Below are positions 49,590 through 61,587 of a DNA stretch of 64,000 nt, in pieces; the first letter of the stretch is position 1, and every line of letters starts with the position of its first letter. Below the pieces are notes generated by a model. The model was not told the origin of the DNA and ran no database searches. It saw only the letters and a program-made list of their open reading frames with translations. Source of the DNA: Mobula birostris (taxonomy: Eukaryota); assembly GCF_030028105.1 (NCBI RefSeq), contig NC_092382.1, positions 92,510,295 to 92,574,294 of the forward strand. Reading direction: 5' to 3'. The translations under genes and the position numbers were made by a program.

Positions 49590-51050
49590 AATCGAGTCAG
49601 GTTTAATATCACCAGCATATGTCACGAAGTTGGTAACTGCGACAGCAGAACAATGCAATACATAATAATAGAGAGTAAAAAAAAACTGAATTACGGTTAA
49701 AATATATTGGTTAAATAAGTAGAGCAAAAATATAAATGAAAAATGAGTGAAATAGTGTCCATGGGTTCAATGTACTTTCAGAAATCGGATGGAAGAGGGG
49801 AAGTACATGTTCTGAATCGCTGGGTGTGTGGCTTCGGGTTTCTGTTCCTCCTGCCTGATGCTCACAGTGAGAAGAGGGCCTGATCTGGGTGATGGGAGTC
49901 CTGAATGCTTGATGCCGCGTTTTTGGAGCACCGCTGGGCTGCCATGAAGACTCTTACCCATGATGGAGCTGACCGAGGTTACGACCATCTGCAGCTGACT
50001 TCGATCCTGCACAGTAACAACACCCCCCACTCCCACCAGATGGTGACGCAGTCAGTCAGAGCCCTCTCCACAGTCCCTCTGCAGAAAATTGCGAGTGTTT
50101 TTGGTAACATGCCACACCTACTCGAGCACCCAGTGAATATAGACGCCGTCTTGCCTCCTTTATGGCCGCATCGATATGTTGGGTTCAGCTTAGGCCCGCA
50201 GAGATACTGACACACAGGAACTTGAAATTGCTCACTCTCTCCACTTCTGGCCCCTTGACGAGGACTGGTGTGTATTCCCTCACCTTACCCTTCCTGAAGG
50301 CCACAATCAGTTCATGGGTCTGGCTGACATCGAATGCAAGGTTGTTACTGCGGCACCACTCACCTAGCTGGTATTTCTCGTTCCCGTAAGCCCTCCCAAC
50401 AGCAGCTGAAATTCTGCCAACAATAGTTGTACAGTATGGTCAGCAAACTTACTTATGGCATCTGAGCTGTCCCTAGCCACAAAGTCCTCGGTGTAGAGGA
50501 AGTGGACCGTTAGGCTAAGGCAGTTGACTGTCAGCAAAGTGGAGATGTTACTTCCTTTTTGCTCAGGCTGTGGTCTTCTGATCAGGAAGTCGGGGATCTG
50601 GTTACAAAGGGGGATACTGAGGCCCAGGTTCTGGAGCTTTTCGATTACAGCTGCAGGAATGGTGATGTTAAATGCTGAACTATAGTCAATAAACAGCATG
50701 CTGACACAGGCATTTGTAATGTGTAATCCAGGGCCGCGCGAAGGAGCAATCAGATCACATTGGCCGTAGACCGATTGCGGCGACAGGCAAATTGCAGTGG
50801 GTCCAGGTCCTCAGGCGGATGTTGATCCTAGCCATAATTAACCGCTCAAACAACTTCATCACTGTAGAAGTGAATGCTACTCGATGATAGCTGTTAAAGC
50901 AGCTCACCCTGCTCTTGGGCACTGGTTTAATTGCTGCTCTCTTCAAGCAGGTGGGAACTTCCAACTGCAGCAATGAGAGATTAAAAAAGCCTTTGAATCC
51001 TTCTACCAGGTTGTTGGCACAGGTTTTCAGAGTCTTACCAGGTACTCCAT
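49590..51050 (-). mobile_element. Decayed Rex1/Babar-type RT and 3' end
   Basis: YHRVAFTSTVMKLFERL, MLFIDYSSAFN, SKFAD, YFPSSIRFL. Confidence 0.85.
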
Positions 51051-52490
51051 CAGGGCCGGTCGTCCAGGCAGTTACCTCTCAAAGGCAGAGGGGACATTTC
51101 ATCCTCTCTGGCGTCACGGATTGCAACAACCCTCTGTGCATTTTTTCCCCTCAAATCCTTTCTAAACATTTTCCCCATCACTCTAAACGAGAGCTTTACG
51201 ACCTTTTTGTGCAATGGACCCCTACCATTAACCAAGGGGTCTATGAACCCCCTGCTCTAAACCCATGCACTTTGCTCGGTCCTACTCCTGTTCCCAAACT
51301 GGCTATCACCTGGTATCCTGCGGCGATCACCCGAGAGCTGCGGCAGATTTCAGTTGCGGACCTGCCTGAGGAACAGGCTGCTGTATCAGCGTCTGCCTGG
51401 TGTGACAAGCCGAGAGAGGTCTGCCCCCCACCTGTCCTGTACTCACGGTCCCTTTCACACACCTTCCGTTATAGACTTCCCAGGATGAATTGATGATCGC
51501 ATCTCCCAGGACCCCACCCTACACGCTTGGCGTAACATTGCATTCACAGGCCTACTCCAGGCACCCTACCGTCACCGTGTCACTCATCGTCCCCTCCCTC
51601 GCGACCCCACCCTCCCCGGGTCGTGCGCTGCCCCGATTCCAGGACATCACCTCCCTCGGGTCAAACACTTCACAGAATGATGTTTGCGCCACAGCTGGGA
51701 GAGTGCGTGTGACCGGCCTGGACAGGGTGCAGAAGGGATTTACCGGCAAAGATCCACTGTAAAATGACAAATGGATCTTGATGCAGCCAAATGTAGGGTG
51801 CTGCGCTTCGGAAGGGCGAATCGGGGTCGTACTTACACAGTAAACTACAGGGCACTGAGGAGTGTCGTAGGACAGAGTGCAGATCCATAATTGCTCGAGC
51901 GTGGCATCACAGGTAGACAGTAAACATAGATTTTGGCACATAGATGAACGTATTGAGTGGAGCAGTCGGTGCGTTATTTTGAAGTAGTATAAAGATGGTG
52001 GTGAGGCCTAACTTGGAGCAGTGTGCGCAGCTCGGGCCACGCCCTACTGGATCAGGGCACATCAGCTGGCGTAATGTCTCACAGCCCCAGTGGTCCGCGC
52101 TCAAACCCTGCCTCTGTCTAAAGAGTCCACACGCTGCCCCGGTGACCACATGTGTTTCCGCCCTCCGCCCACACTCCAAGGGTGTTTGAGCCACGAGGTT
52201 AATTTGGCACAAGCGTATATTGGCGTCACCGTCTTGTTGTGGCGTGCTGTATGAACGAGGGAAGGGAGGGACGAGCACATTGTATCCTATACCCACTGGC
52301 TCGCGCTCATCTCTTTCGCCAACTACATGTTCTAAAAAGGTTCAGCGGACAACTCAAACAGGCCTGCCTTTGGTTAACATGTCCACGCGTTATGCTACCT
52401 CTTCAATAATTGCAGAATTAGTCAGAGTTCTGACTTAACATTTGACAAGGTACTAAACGTATAACTTGCAACTACTTGCAATGGACTAAC

Positions 52491-52701
52491 CTGCTTCATG
52501 TCCAAAGCGTGCAGACGGTTCTGGGACATCTGTGTCAGAAGGACAGCCTTGGTGAACAATGATGCCCCCGTGTGGATCTCCTTGGCATGGTTCAGAGTCC
52601 AGAGAACTTTGTGCACTGTCACTCGCGTTTATGAGGTGATCAGCTTCCCCATCCGGCGACTGTTCAGACTGAGTTTTGCAGCATGAGCATATTCCTCCCA
52701 T
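52491..52701 (-). CDS. Candidate first coding exon of the NLR gene (MGGICSCC..., predicted N-acylation)
   Basis: ttttgcag acceptor at 52719; gaaATGG Kozak; 70 codons +1 nt, ending CAG|GTTAGT in phase 1, matching the downstream exons. Confidence 0.55.
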
Positions 52702-52939
52702 TTCAGTTGCGTTGTTATCTGCAAAATGCAAATCCAGGTTAAAGAGCAATGAAGCAGGCGACCGATGCCAGTCAGAACTTGTTTAATAAGTCTCCTGTCC
52801 CAATTAAGTGGCATAGTGCCCCAAATAAACGAAGGAAATTCCAGTTACTCGATTTGTTCTTGTTCCTTAAGTAATGTCCCGCCAAAAAAAAAAGCAGCTG
52901 CCGCGATTAATCGATGACCCACTTAACTGAATTCGACTA

Positions 52940-53320
52940 TAGAGAGCCTTCAAAAGGTATTCAGCCCCAACCCGACAGTCCGATCAATTTAACTGAAAGC
53001 TTCTACTTGTGAATGAACAGCTATTTTGTTTTAAAACATTAGGGCACACAGATAAACAGGGAAAATTGTAAAGCATGAAAAACTAAATATTCAAAACCTG
53101 AAATTTCAGCTGTTCAAAAGTCCCTTCGCTCAGCACTCAGGTGAAAAACCTCTTTCAGCTATTACAGCTGGCTGTGTTTTGCATAAGTCTGTGTTGGCTT
53201 TGTACAAAGTGATGCAGCCCGATTTGTCCATTCTCATTCCTCCTTCTAACATTGCTCCAGCTGTGTCAGGTGGGTAGGGGAAAGGCGGGGGACTTGGCAG
53301 AGATTTTCAGTTGAGTGGGT
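52940..53320. mobile_element. Tc1-like terminal/internal remnant
   Basis: aaaggtattcagcccc terminal-type motif and decayed antisense transposase 3' sequence; from recall. Confidence 0.4.
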
Positions 53321-54009
53321 GTATAATCAATATCCATGTTCACTTCTGAGTTCCCCAAACCACATCAGACACGAATCTTTTTTTCCTTCAGCTAGTCATT
53401 ATATGACAAAGCTTGGTACATCCCATTTGGACTGCTTTCAATGCCCGTATATCCCTGCTTAAATAATCAGCCCAAAATACATCGGGGCAAACTGAATGTG
53501 GGTGCTATCAGGATGTTTTTCCTCCTGGGGCATCTGCGGTAATGAAGGTCAGTTCGAGGGAAAGGGATCAAGTTTAACAAATTCTTCCCAGGTGTGACTC
53601 CCAGGCCGGACTGTTTCGGACAAGAAGCCTAAACACATTGAAAGCAGAGATTGACAGACACTGGAAACGGGGTGCGATCAAAGGAAAGAGCCAACAACTC
53701 GTGGCAAGGCCCAGTGCCAGCATCTGTGACCTTAATAAATGGCGCAAGAGATTCAGCCTAAGTGTTGGGTCCCCACTTACAGCACAAAGTTGCATATCCT
53801 CCAGCAAACCTGGGGTCCATGAGCCATTGGTTAATGGTTGCAGTCCATGGCATATAAAAGGTTGAGACCCCTGTCCTACACCCTCAGTCTCTGCCAGCAA
53901 GGATAACAGGTGCAGAGCTTGCGAAGAAACAGCACCACATGCAGGCATCCCTCTGCATCGAACACCACTTGCAGAAATAGCCTTTCCACCCACACGAGCG
54001 TGAAAATCA

Positions 54010-55150
54010 TAGAACATGGCAACAGAGAACTGTTCAGCACGGAAACAGACTACTCGACCCACAATGTTCTTTGGGGACAGCTAAAAAGCAAATAAAAACA
54101 CAGAAACTCTCATCCCTCCTCCCGACACCATGTTCATATCCCCCCACCTTCTTTACATCCACGAGCCTATCCAAACCTGTCTTAAGATCCTCTATTATAT
54201 TTGCCTCTGCCACCCGACAAGGCAGCATATCCCAGGCATCTGCCATTTACCCCTCACATACCCCTTGACACTACCCTCCTCAGCTTCAATGCACGCCCTC
54301 TGGTATTTGACATTTCAACCCTGGGAATCAGATGCCCTCTGTCCACTCTGTCACTGCCTCTGATAACCTCGTAAACCTCCATCAGATCTCCCCTCAGCCA
54401 CCGACACTCCAAGAGAAAGTAACCCAAGTTGATCCAGCGTCTCGTGATAGCACATGCCCTCTAAACCAGGTAAATCCTTTCTGCACCCTCTCCAAAGCCT
54501 GAACATCCTTCCTATAGTAGGTGACCAGAATTGTACGCAATACTGCCAGATCTGGGAACAGCTTCTTTCCAACTGTGGTAAGACTGCTGAACAGATCCTG
54601 ACCCGGACGTGGGCCGTACCCTCCAAATATCCGCACCTGCCTCTCAGTTTTTTTTTTGCACTACCTTACTTTCCCTTTTCTATTTTCTATTTATGATTTA
54701 TAATTTAAATTTTAATTATATTTACTATGGATTTGTACCCCAGGGAACGCGAAGCACAGAATCAAATATCACTGTGATGATTGTACGCTCTAGTATCAAT
54801 TATTTGGCGGCAATAAAGTAAAGTATGTGGCCTAACCAGAGTTTTATAACTTTACGTGCTGTATTATTTTCCAGTTTTCTACACTGTCCATGACTCCACC
54901 AATCTTGGTATTAACCACATATTTACTGACCCCACCCAACCACATTTTCATCAAGAGCGCTTATATATTTCACAAACAGCAGGGCTTCCAACTCAGATCC
55001 CTGCAGAAACTTACTAATCACAGACCTCCAGCTCAAATAAGTCCCTTCAATGACTACCTTCTGCCTGCCAGTCTGAATCCATACAGCCAAGTCGTCAGGG
55101 ACCCCATGCATCTGAATCTTCTGGATTAGCCTCCCATGATTAACCTTAGT
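54010..55150 (-). mobile_element. Decayed CR1 interrupted by a Rex1-type 3' tail (~54550-54825, +)
   Basis: YCVQFWSP, GRLIQKIQMHG; inserted segment ends aataaagtaaagta. Confidence 0.75.
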
Positions 55151-56099
55151 CATCCTGATCAGCCAAAATTTGTAACTACAGCACCAGGAAATACTCTTCT
55201 TGTCTTAACTAAAGAATACATGGGTTCACAAAATTTATTACCTGTGTGCACACCTACAAGGATTCCCTGAACCTCCATGAAGAGAGAAGGCATTACCCAG
55301 GAAAACAGTCTACGCTGACCAGACCTACTTTGTGTACCCGATCTCATCCCCACGTACCGGTGGGATACTCATATAAGCATGGTTGGTCTCTAGTAGTTAA
55401 AGAGTTATTGCCGCCAATGCACCTGAAGCTTTTATATTCATTCCCTACCAGTTGAAATGTTGCATTCAGTGTTGTTAGCTATGGGTTATCAGACTAGCTT
55501 TTTACACCGTCTTGTTGGCTCTGATTCAAGTCACCATCCAGTTCTTGCTCTCCTTCTGCAAGTGACATCGAGTAACTTATGGCTCTTTGCTTTCTTTGAC
55601 CCTGACTGGTTCAAAGCAGTCCAACCAGGTGACCCAGATCCCGAGTATAATGAGATTTCTTCTGCGAACCTGTCATTGTACACAACACACAGCTTATCTG
55701 AGAAAGATCTCTGGTTTAGCAGATTACCTGGAGCTTCATTCTGTCGACTTTAAAACATGAATTTAGCCACGGAGTTTCAGCTCACAAAATGGAGGATGCA
55801 GGGCAGCTTCACAAAATGGCAGCCCCCATCTCCTTCAATCACATGGCAAGAACAAAGGCAACTGGATTGTCTATTTCCACTGTTGGATTCATTTGAATTC
55901 ACTGACTTGTAGACTGTTGTTCTTTCTGGCCAACATCTCCCTCCTCTTGAGCCAATCATGTTTATCTTAGGATCATTATCCTCTCTGTCAGTGGACTACT
56001 CATAGGACTGCCATGAACCTGCAGACGCTGTGCGGCACTTATGTCTTATAAATATAAATGTAGCGTTTACTCAGTGAAATCGCACATTCTTTATTCCGG

Positions 56100-56801
56100 T
56101 GTAGCCCCCCTGGCCACCCTCAGGGTCGCTCGGCTCGCTGTCGTCTAGGGAAACAGCCTCGGCCCCACCAAACTGGGTAATTCGTTTGTGTGGATGCTGT
56201 GTGAGGTACCCCACCCCGCCCAAATAACAGACAATACACCAGATGCAATTAAATGATTTACAGTTTATAGATATTACTAATTCTATGACATTAATATGCA
56301 TTTGATACAGAGAAGAAAGTAATGGGAAGAAAAAAGGCGCCAACACTTATCAAAGTTCAATCTCTTCGTGCACAAAACAGTTGGAGCTCAAGGACCTTCT
56401 TCTTCACCCTGCGACCCCCTCGGACCACCTCGACCGGTCGCCTGGGACCAACAACGGTGGTCGACCAGACGCTCCACACGAGTCCGTCTCCTCGCCGAAT
56501 GTCCCGCTCGGGGTCCGACCCCGTTAGCGGACTCACAGCACCTCGTCCACCCTCTGTCTCGCTCTCCCGCCTTCTGCCCCCAAACCCCCTCGCAAACAGT
56601 ATCTTCAAATACACCAAAAACCATAACAACTATCCCAATTGGTTAATAGCACCCTCTTATCACCCTCTAAACCACAATAAGCTGCTAGCGCAAACTTTCT
56701 CAGCGTTAAAGCACAACAAAGCCGCATTCCCCAGATTAACATAACAAAAACGCCATTTTAATTAGCCTCCGCAGTAACATAAAAGTCAAAACCCCCTTAC
56801 A
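56100..56801. mobile_element. Solo LTR (702 bp)
   Basis: TGTA...TACA termini with a 4-bp target duplication ccgg/ctgg. Confidence 0.75.
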
Positions 56802-57059
56802 CTGGCAATTATCTTTTCTGCATTACAAAACTATCATCCTCTACCTTTTGAATGAACTTCAGTCTTCCACCTTCTAAGATGATCCTCACCCACTGATTTA
56901 TTTAAACATTTGATCCCCAATTCCAAAACTTATCCCAAGAATGTGAGTCATCCAATATTTCATTTGCTTTCTCATTTTTTTTGAGGAAAAGAGAGCATGT
57001 CTGCAGGGTTAGCACTTTGCTCTGGGTGTCCAATCAATGGTCCCATGGTCCAATTTAAT

Positions 57060-57830
57060 GTCAAAGAAATGTATACGATATACATCCTGAAATGCTTTTT
57101 CTACAGAAACACCCACGAAAACAGAGAAGTGCCCCAAAGTTAAACACAAGAATCCCAAAGTGCCCCCCCCAGCTCCCCTCCCTCCCGCATGTAAGCAGCA
57201 GCGAGCAACAATCCCCCACCGGCAAAAAAAAGCACTGGCACCCACCACCAAGCACTCCAGCGTGAGCAAAGCAATAGCAAAGACACAGACTTGCAGTTAC
57301 CCCGCAGTCTTCGCATTCCACCAGTATTTGACATCCCACAGGTTCTCTCTCTCTCCCTAATAAGAGAGAAAGCGGTATCTCTATTTTCCCAGCGAGCGGG
57401 GAGACATAACAAACAACTCACTGGTTTACGATGTTAAGGGTCCGTTACGTCGCTTTTCTCGAGCTCTGTGCCTGAAGATCGCATAGATCCCAGGTCTTTG
57501 GCCCACAGCAGAAGATTTTCTGACTCCCCCGATGACACACGGGTCTCCCGCCGTGACACTGATTGTCAACACCTGCCCCCGTCTCCCGAGCCCCGAGATC
57601 TTAGGCTTCGAAATCCGAGCTGGAGTCTCAAGCCAAACCCTTGGCATGTCGGATAACGGCCAGTCCTGAAACCCCGAGAACGGGTCCCATTCCCGCAAAG
57701 AATCAAGGTCAGCCTGTAACTCCAGGTCAGGGTCTTCAAAAGAACCCTGAAAGGGAAAAATATTAAAGATAGAAATAGAGCTGTTTCCGAAGATGCAAGC
57801 AAAGAAGTCACCGTTTAGCACCATCTTAAC
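57060..57830 (-). mobile_element. Second copy of the ~780-bp element at 35480-36260
   Basis: Reverse-complement similarity; both translate (V)KMVLNGD.FACIFGNSS.SIFNI. Confidence 0.85.
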
Positions 57831-57839
57831 TTCACTGCG

Positions 57840-60095
57840 CCACATCTCCCAGATGGCCACATCTGCACCAGGTGCTCCGAGATGCAGCTCCTGAGAGACC
57901 GTGTTGGGGATCTGGAGCTGCGGCTTGATGACCTACAGCTTATCAGGGAGAGTGAATGGGAGATAGCGAGGAGCTACAAGGAGTTAGTCACCTCGAGGCT
58001 GCAAGAGTTAGATAAGTGGGTTACTGTCAGGGAGGGGATGGGAAGAGCTCAGACAGTAGAGAGAACCCCTGTGGCCACCCCCCTCAGTAATCATTATCTC
58101 GTTTTGGATGCCGTTGAGGGGGGTGACCTGTTATAGGACGACCATTGTGCTGGAGTCTCTGATCCTGGTTCTGTGGTGCAGAAGGGAGAGAAGAAGATGA
58201 GGAATGCAGTAGTCATCGGGGAGTCCATAGTGAGGGGAACAGACAGGAGGTTCTGTCAGCCTGATAGAGATACCCGCATGGTGTATTGCCTCCCAGGTGC
58301 CATCCGATGTCTTGGACTGGGTGCAGAGTATTCTGAAGGGAGAGGGTCACCAGCCAGAAGTCTTGGTACACTTCGGTACCAATGACACAGGTAGAAAAAG
58401 AGATGAGGTCCTGAAGAGAGAATTCAGGGAGTTGGGTAGGAAGCTGAAAAGCAGGACCTTCAGGGTAGTAATTTTAGGATTGCTGCCTGTGCCACATGCT
58501 AACGAGCACGGGAAATGCCTGATCAGGAATATTAATGTGTGGCTGAGAGACTGGTGTAGGGGGCAGGGCTTCTGGTTCCTGGATCACTGGGGCCTCTTCT
58601 GTGGGGAGGTACGACCTGTACAAAAAGGACGGGTTACACCTGAACCCAAAGGGGTCCAATATCCTAGCAGGCAGGTTTAATAGAGCTATTAAGGAGGGTT
58701 TAAACTAATTTGGCAGGGGGATGGGAACTTGAGTGATAGGGCTGAGGAAGGGGAAAACAGAAATAAATCAAAGATAGCGTGCAACGGAGATGATAGAAAG
58801 GACAGGCAGGAGATGAAGTTTAATCACAGCCAGTGGGATGAGTTACAGGGCAATAGAGGTGTGGTGCAGTTAAAACAGAAAGCAACAAATACTGGACTGA
58901 GAGTGTTATATCTGAATGCACGCAGCATAAGGAATAAAATGGACGATCTTGAAATTCAGCGACGGATTGGCAAGTATGACGTTGTGGCCATCTCTGAAAC
59001 TTGGCTAAAGGATGGCAGCCATTGGGAGCTGAACGTCCAAGGATATACGGTGTATCGGAAAGATAGGTTAGTAGGCAGAGGGGGTGGTGTGGCTCTGTGT
59101 ATAAGAAATAATATTAAATCATTAGAATGGGATGACATAGGATCGGAAGGTGTAGAGTTTCTATGGGTTGTGTTAAGAAATGGCAAGGGTATAAAAGGAC
59201 CCTAATGGCAGTTATATACAGGCCTCCAAACAGCAGCCGGGATGTGGATTACAAATTACAGCAGGAGATAGAAAAGGTATGTCAGAAGGCCATGATAATC
59301 ATTGGGGATTTTAACATGGAAGTGGATTGGGAAAACCAGGCCAGTACTGGACCTCGAGAGAGAAAAAATTTGTATATGTCTAAGGGATGGCTTTTTAGAA
59401 CAGCTTGTTGTTGAGCCCGCTAGGGAATCGGCAGTGCTGGATTGGGTGTTTTGCAATGATCCAGAGGTGAAAAGAGAGTTTAAGGTTAAGGAACCCTGAG
59501 GGAACAGTATGATTGAATTCACTTTGAAATTTGAGAAGGAGAAACTAAATTCCAATGTGGGTTTTTCAGTGGAATGAAGGAAATTACAATGGCATGAGAG
59601 GGGAACTGGCCAAAGTTGACTGGAAAGAGAGACTAGCAGGAAGGACAGCAGAGCAGCAATGGCTGGAGTTTCTGCAAAAATGAGGGAAGTGGAAGACAGA
59701 TATATTCCAAATAAGAAGAAATTTTTGAATGGAAGAAGTACAGTACGTTGGCTGACAAGTGAAGTCAGAGCCAAAGTAAAAGCAAAAGAGAGGGCATACA
59801 AGGAAGCCAAAGCTAGTGGGAAGGTAGAGGATTGGGAAGGTTTTAAAAACTTGCAGAAAGAAACTGAGAAGGTCATTAGGAAGGAAAAGATGAATTATGA
59901 AAGGAAGCTGGCGACCAATATCAAAGAAGATACTAAAAGCTTTTTTTAAGTATATAAAGGGTAAAAGAGAGTTGAGAGTAGATATAGGACCAATAGAAGA
60001 TGACGCTGGAGCTATTGTAATGAGAGACACCGAGATGGCAGAGGGACTGAATGCGTATTTTGCATCAGTCTTCACAGTGGAAGAGATGTGCAGCT
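57840..60095 (+). mobile_element. CR1 LINE 5' half: ORF1 (Zn-finger/coiled coil + SGNH esterase) and ORF2 APE endonuclease, frameshifted
   Basis: HICTRC.EMQLL, VVIGESIVRG, HFGTND, DGLHL; YLNARSI, ISETWL, IYRPPN, IIGDFN. Confidence 0.92.
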
Positions 60096-60118
60096 AAATT
60101 TGCCTTTGATACAAAGAT

Positions 60119-61587
60119 TCTTCAAGATGGCGGCGCGCATGGACGCAGTGCCCCCTCGGGGAGTGATAAGTGTATCTAGTGTTTATTCTGTTTGACATAC
60201 AGTCGGAATATGCTCGTTAACATCAGGGCATACTATGTCGGAAAAACTGACGAGTTCTGGTGTGACATGGACAGCTTACGCCGCTACGGACTACTATCCG
60301 CTACCAAGCTGGCTGCTTCCCGAGGGAGGAGGAAGCGAAAGTGCTGTGAGAGAAGACAGAGGAGGGTTAAGAGGGCCGGCAACCCCACCAGGCCAGCGGT
60401 ACCGTCCCTCCTGCTCTCAAATGTCCGCTCCATCGACAACAAGCTGGATGAGCTCCGTCTGCTGAGAGAAACACGCAAGGAATTTACAGACTGCTGTGTC
60501 TATGTCTTATCGGAATCCTGGCTCCATGACAGCATACCGGACACGGCGGTACAGCTAGAGGGAATGACATCGTTCCATGCGGACGGAGAGGCAGCTAGCT
60601 CCGGTAAGAGCCGAGGAGGAGGTCTGTGTGTCTATATAAACAAAGACTGGTGTGTGAACGCTACAGTAGCTGCTAAACACTGCTCACCGCTGGGTGAATT
60701 TCTCATTGTGAAATGCCGGCCGTTCTATCTGCCGAGGGAATTCACCACTATGCTTGTGGCAGCTGTTTACGTAGCTCCCAGTGCCAATGCTGAGGCTAAT
60801 GCTAACGAAGCACTGGGAGGCCTACATGAAGCCATCAGCGAGCTGCTGACTACACATCCCGACAGCTTCGTGGTGATTGCTGGGGACTTTAAACCACACC
60901 AGCTTAAAGACCATGTTCCCCAAATTCCTGCAATATGTGGATTTCAAAACCGGGGAGACAACACACCAGACTTGGTTTATACCGACACACCACAGGTATA
61001 CAAAGCAGCCTCCCGCCCCCATTTTGGCCACGCTGACCACGTATCTGTCATGTTAACACCAGCATATAAACCACTGCCAAAACGTGTGAGAGCAGAGAAA
61101 AGAGAGATAAGGGTCTGGCCAAAAGGAGCAGCCTCAGCACTACAAGACTGTTTTTTGCGCACAGACCGGGATATATTCAGAACAGCAGCCTCCTATGACG
61201 ACCACACAGACATTGAGGAGTATGCGGAGGCAGTAATCAGCTACAGAGCCAAATGCACGGAGGATGTCACTGTGATGAAAACCTTCACCGCACGTGGTTA
61301 TAAAAAGCCATGGATGACAACAGAGGTGCGTTCGCTACTGGAAGGCCCGTGACACAGCCTACAGATCGGGGGACAGGAGTGCGCTTCGCTCAGCCAGGTC
61401 TGTGCTTTCACTAGGGATCAGGAAAGCGAAAAGGGCCTACGCGGGCAAAATACATGGACACTTGTGTGACACAGGTGACACCAGACGGATGTGGCAGGGA
61501 ATTAAAGCTCTGACAGACTACAAGATCAGGCAGAAAACTGATGACAGCGATGCCTCTCTACCAGACAGGCTTAACAATTTCTTTGCA
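60119..61587 (+). mobile_element. Rex1/Babar-type element 5' half (APE endonuclease)
   Basis: 5' tcaagatggcg; LSNVRSIDNKLDEL, SESWL, GGGLCVYIN, CRPFYLPREF, AGDF, GHADH. Confidence 0.88.

Noticed and set aside
60192-61352. 386-aa ORF as a host gene
   Set aside because: APE endonuclease of a Rex1-type retrotransposon, frameshifted and truncated
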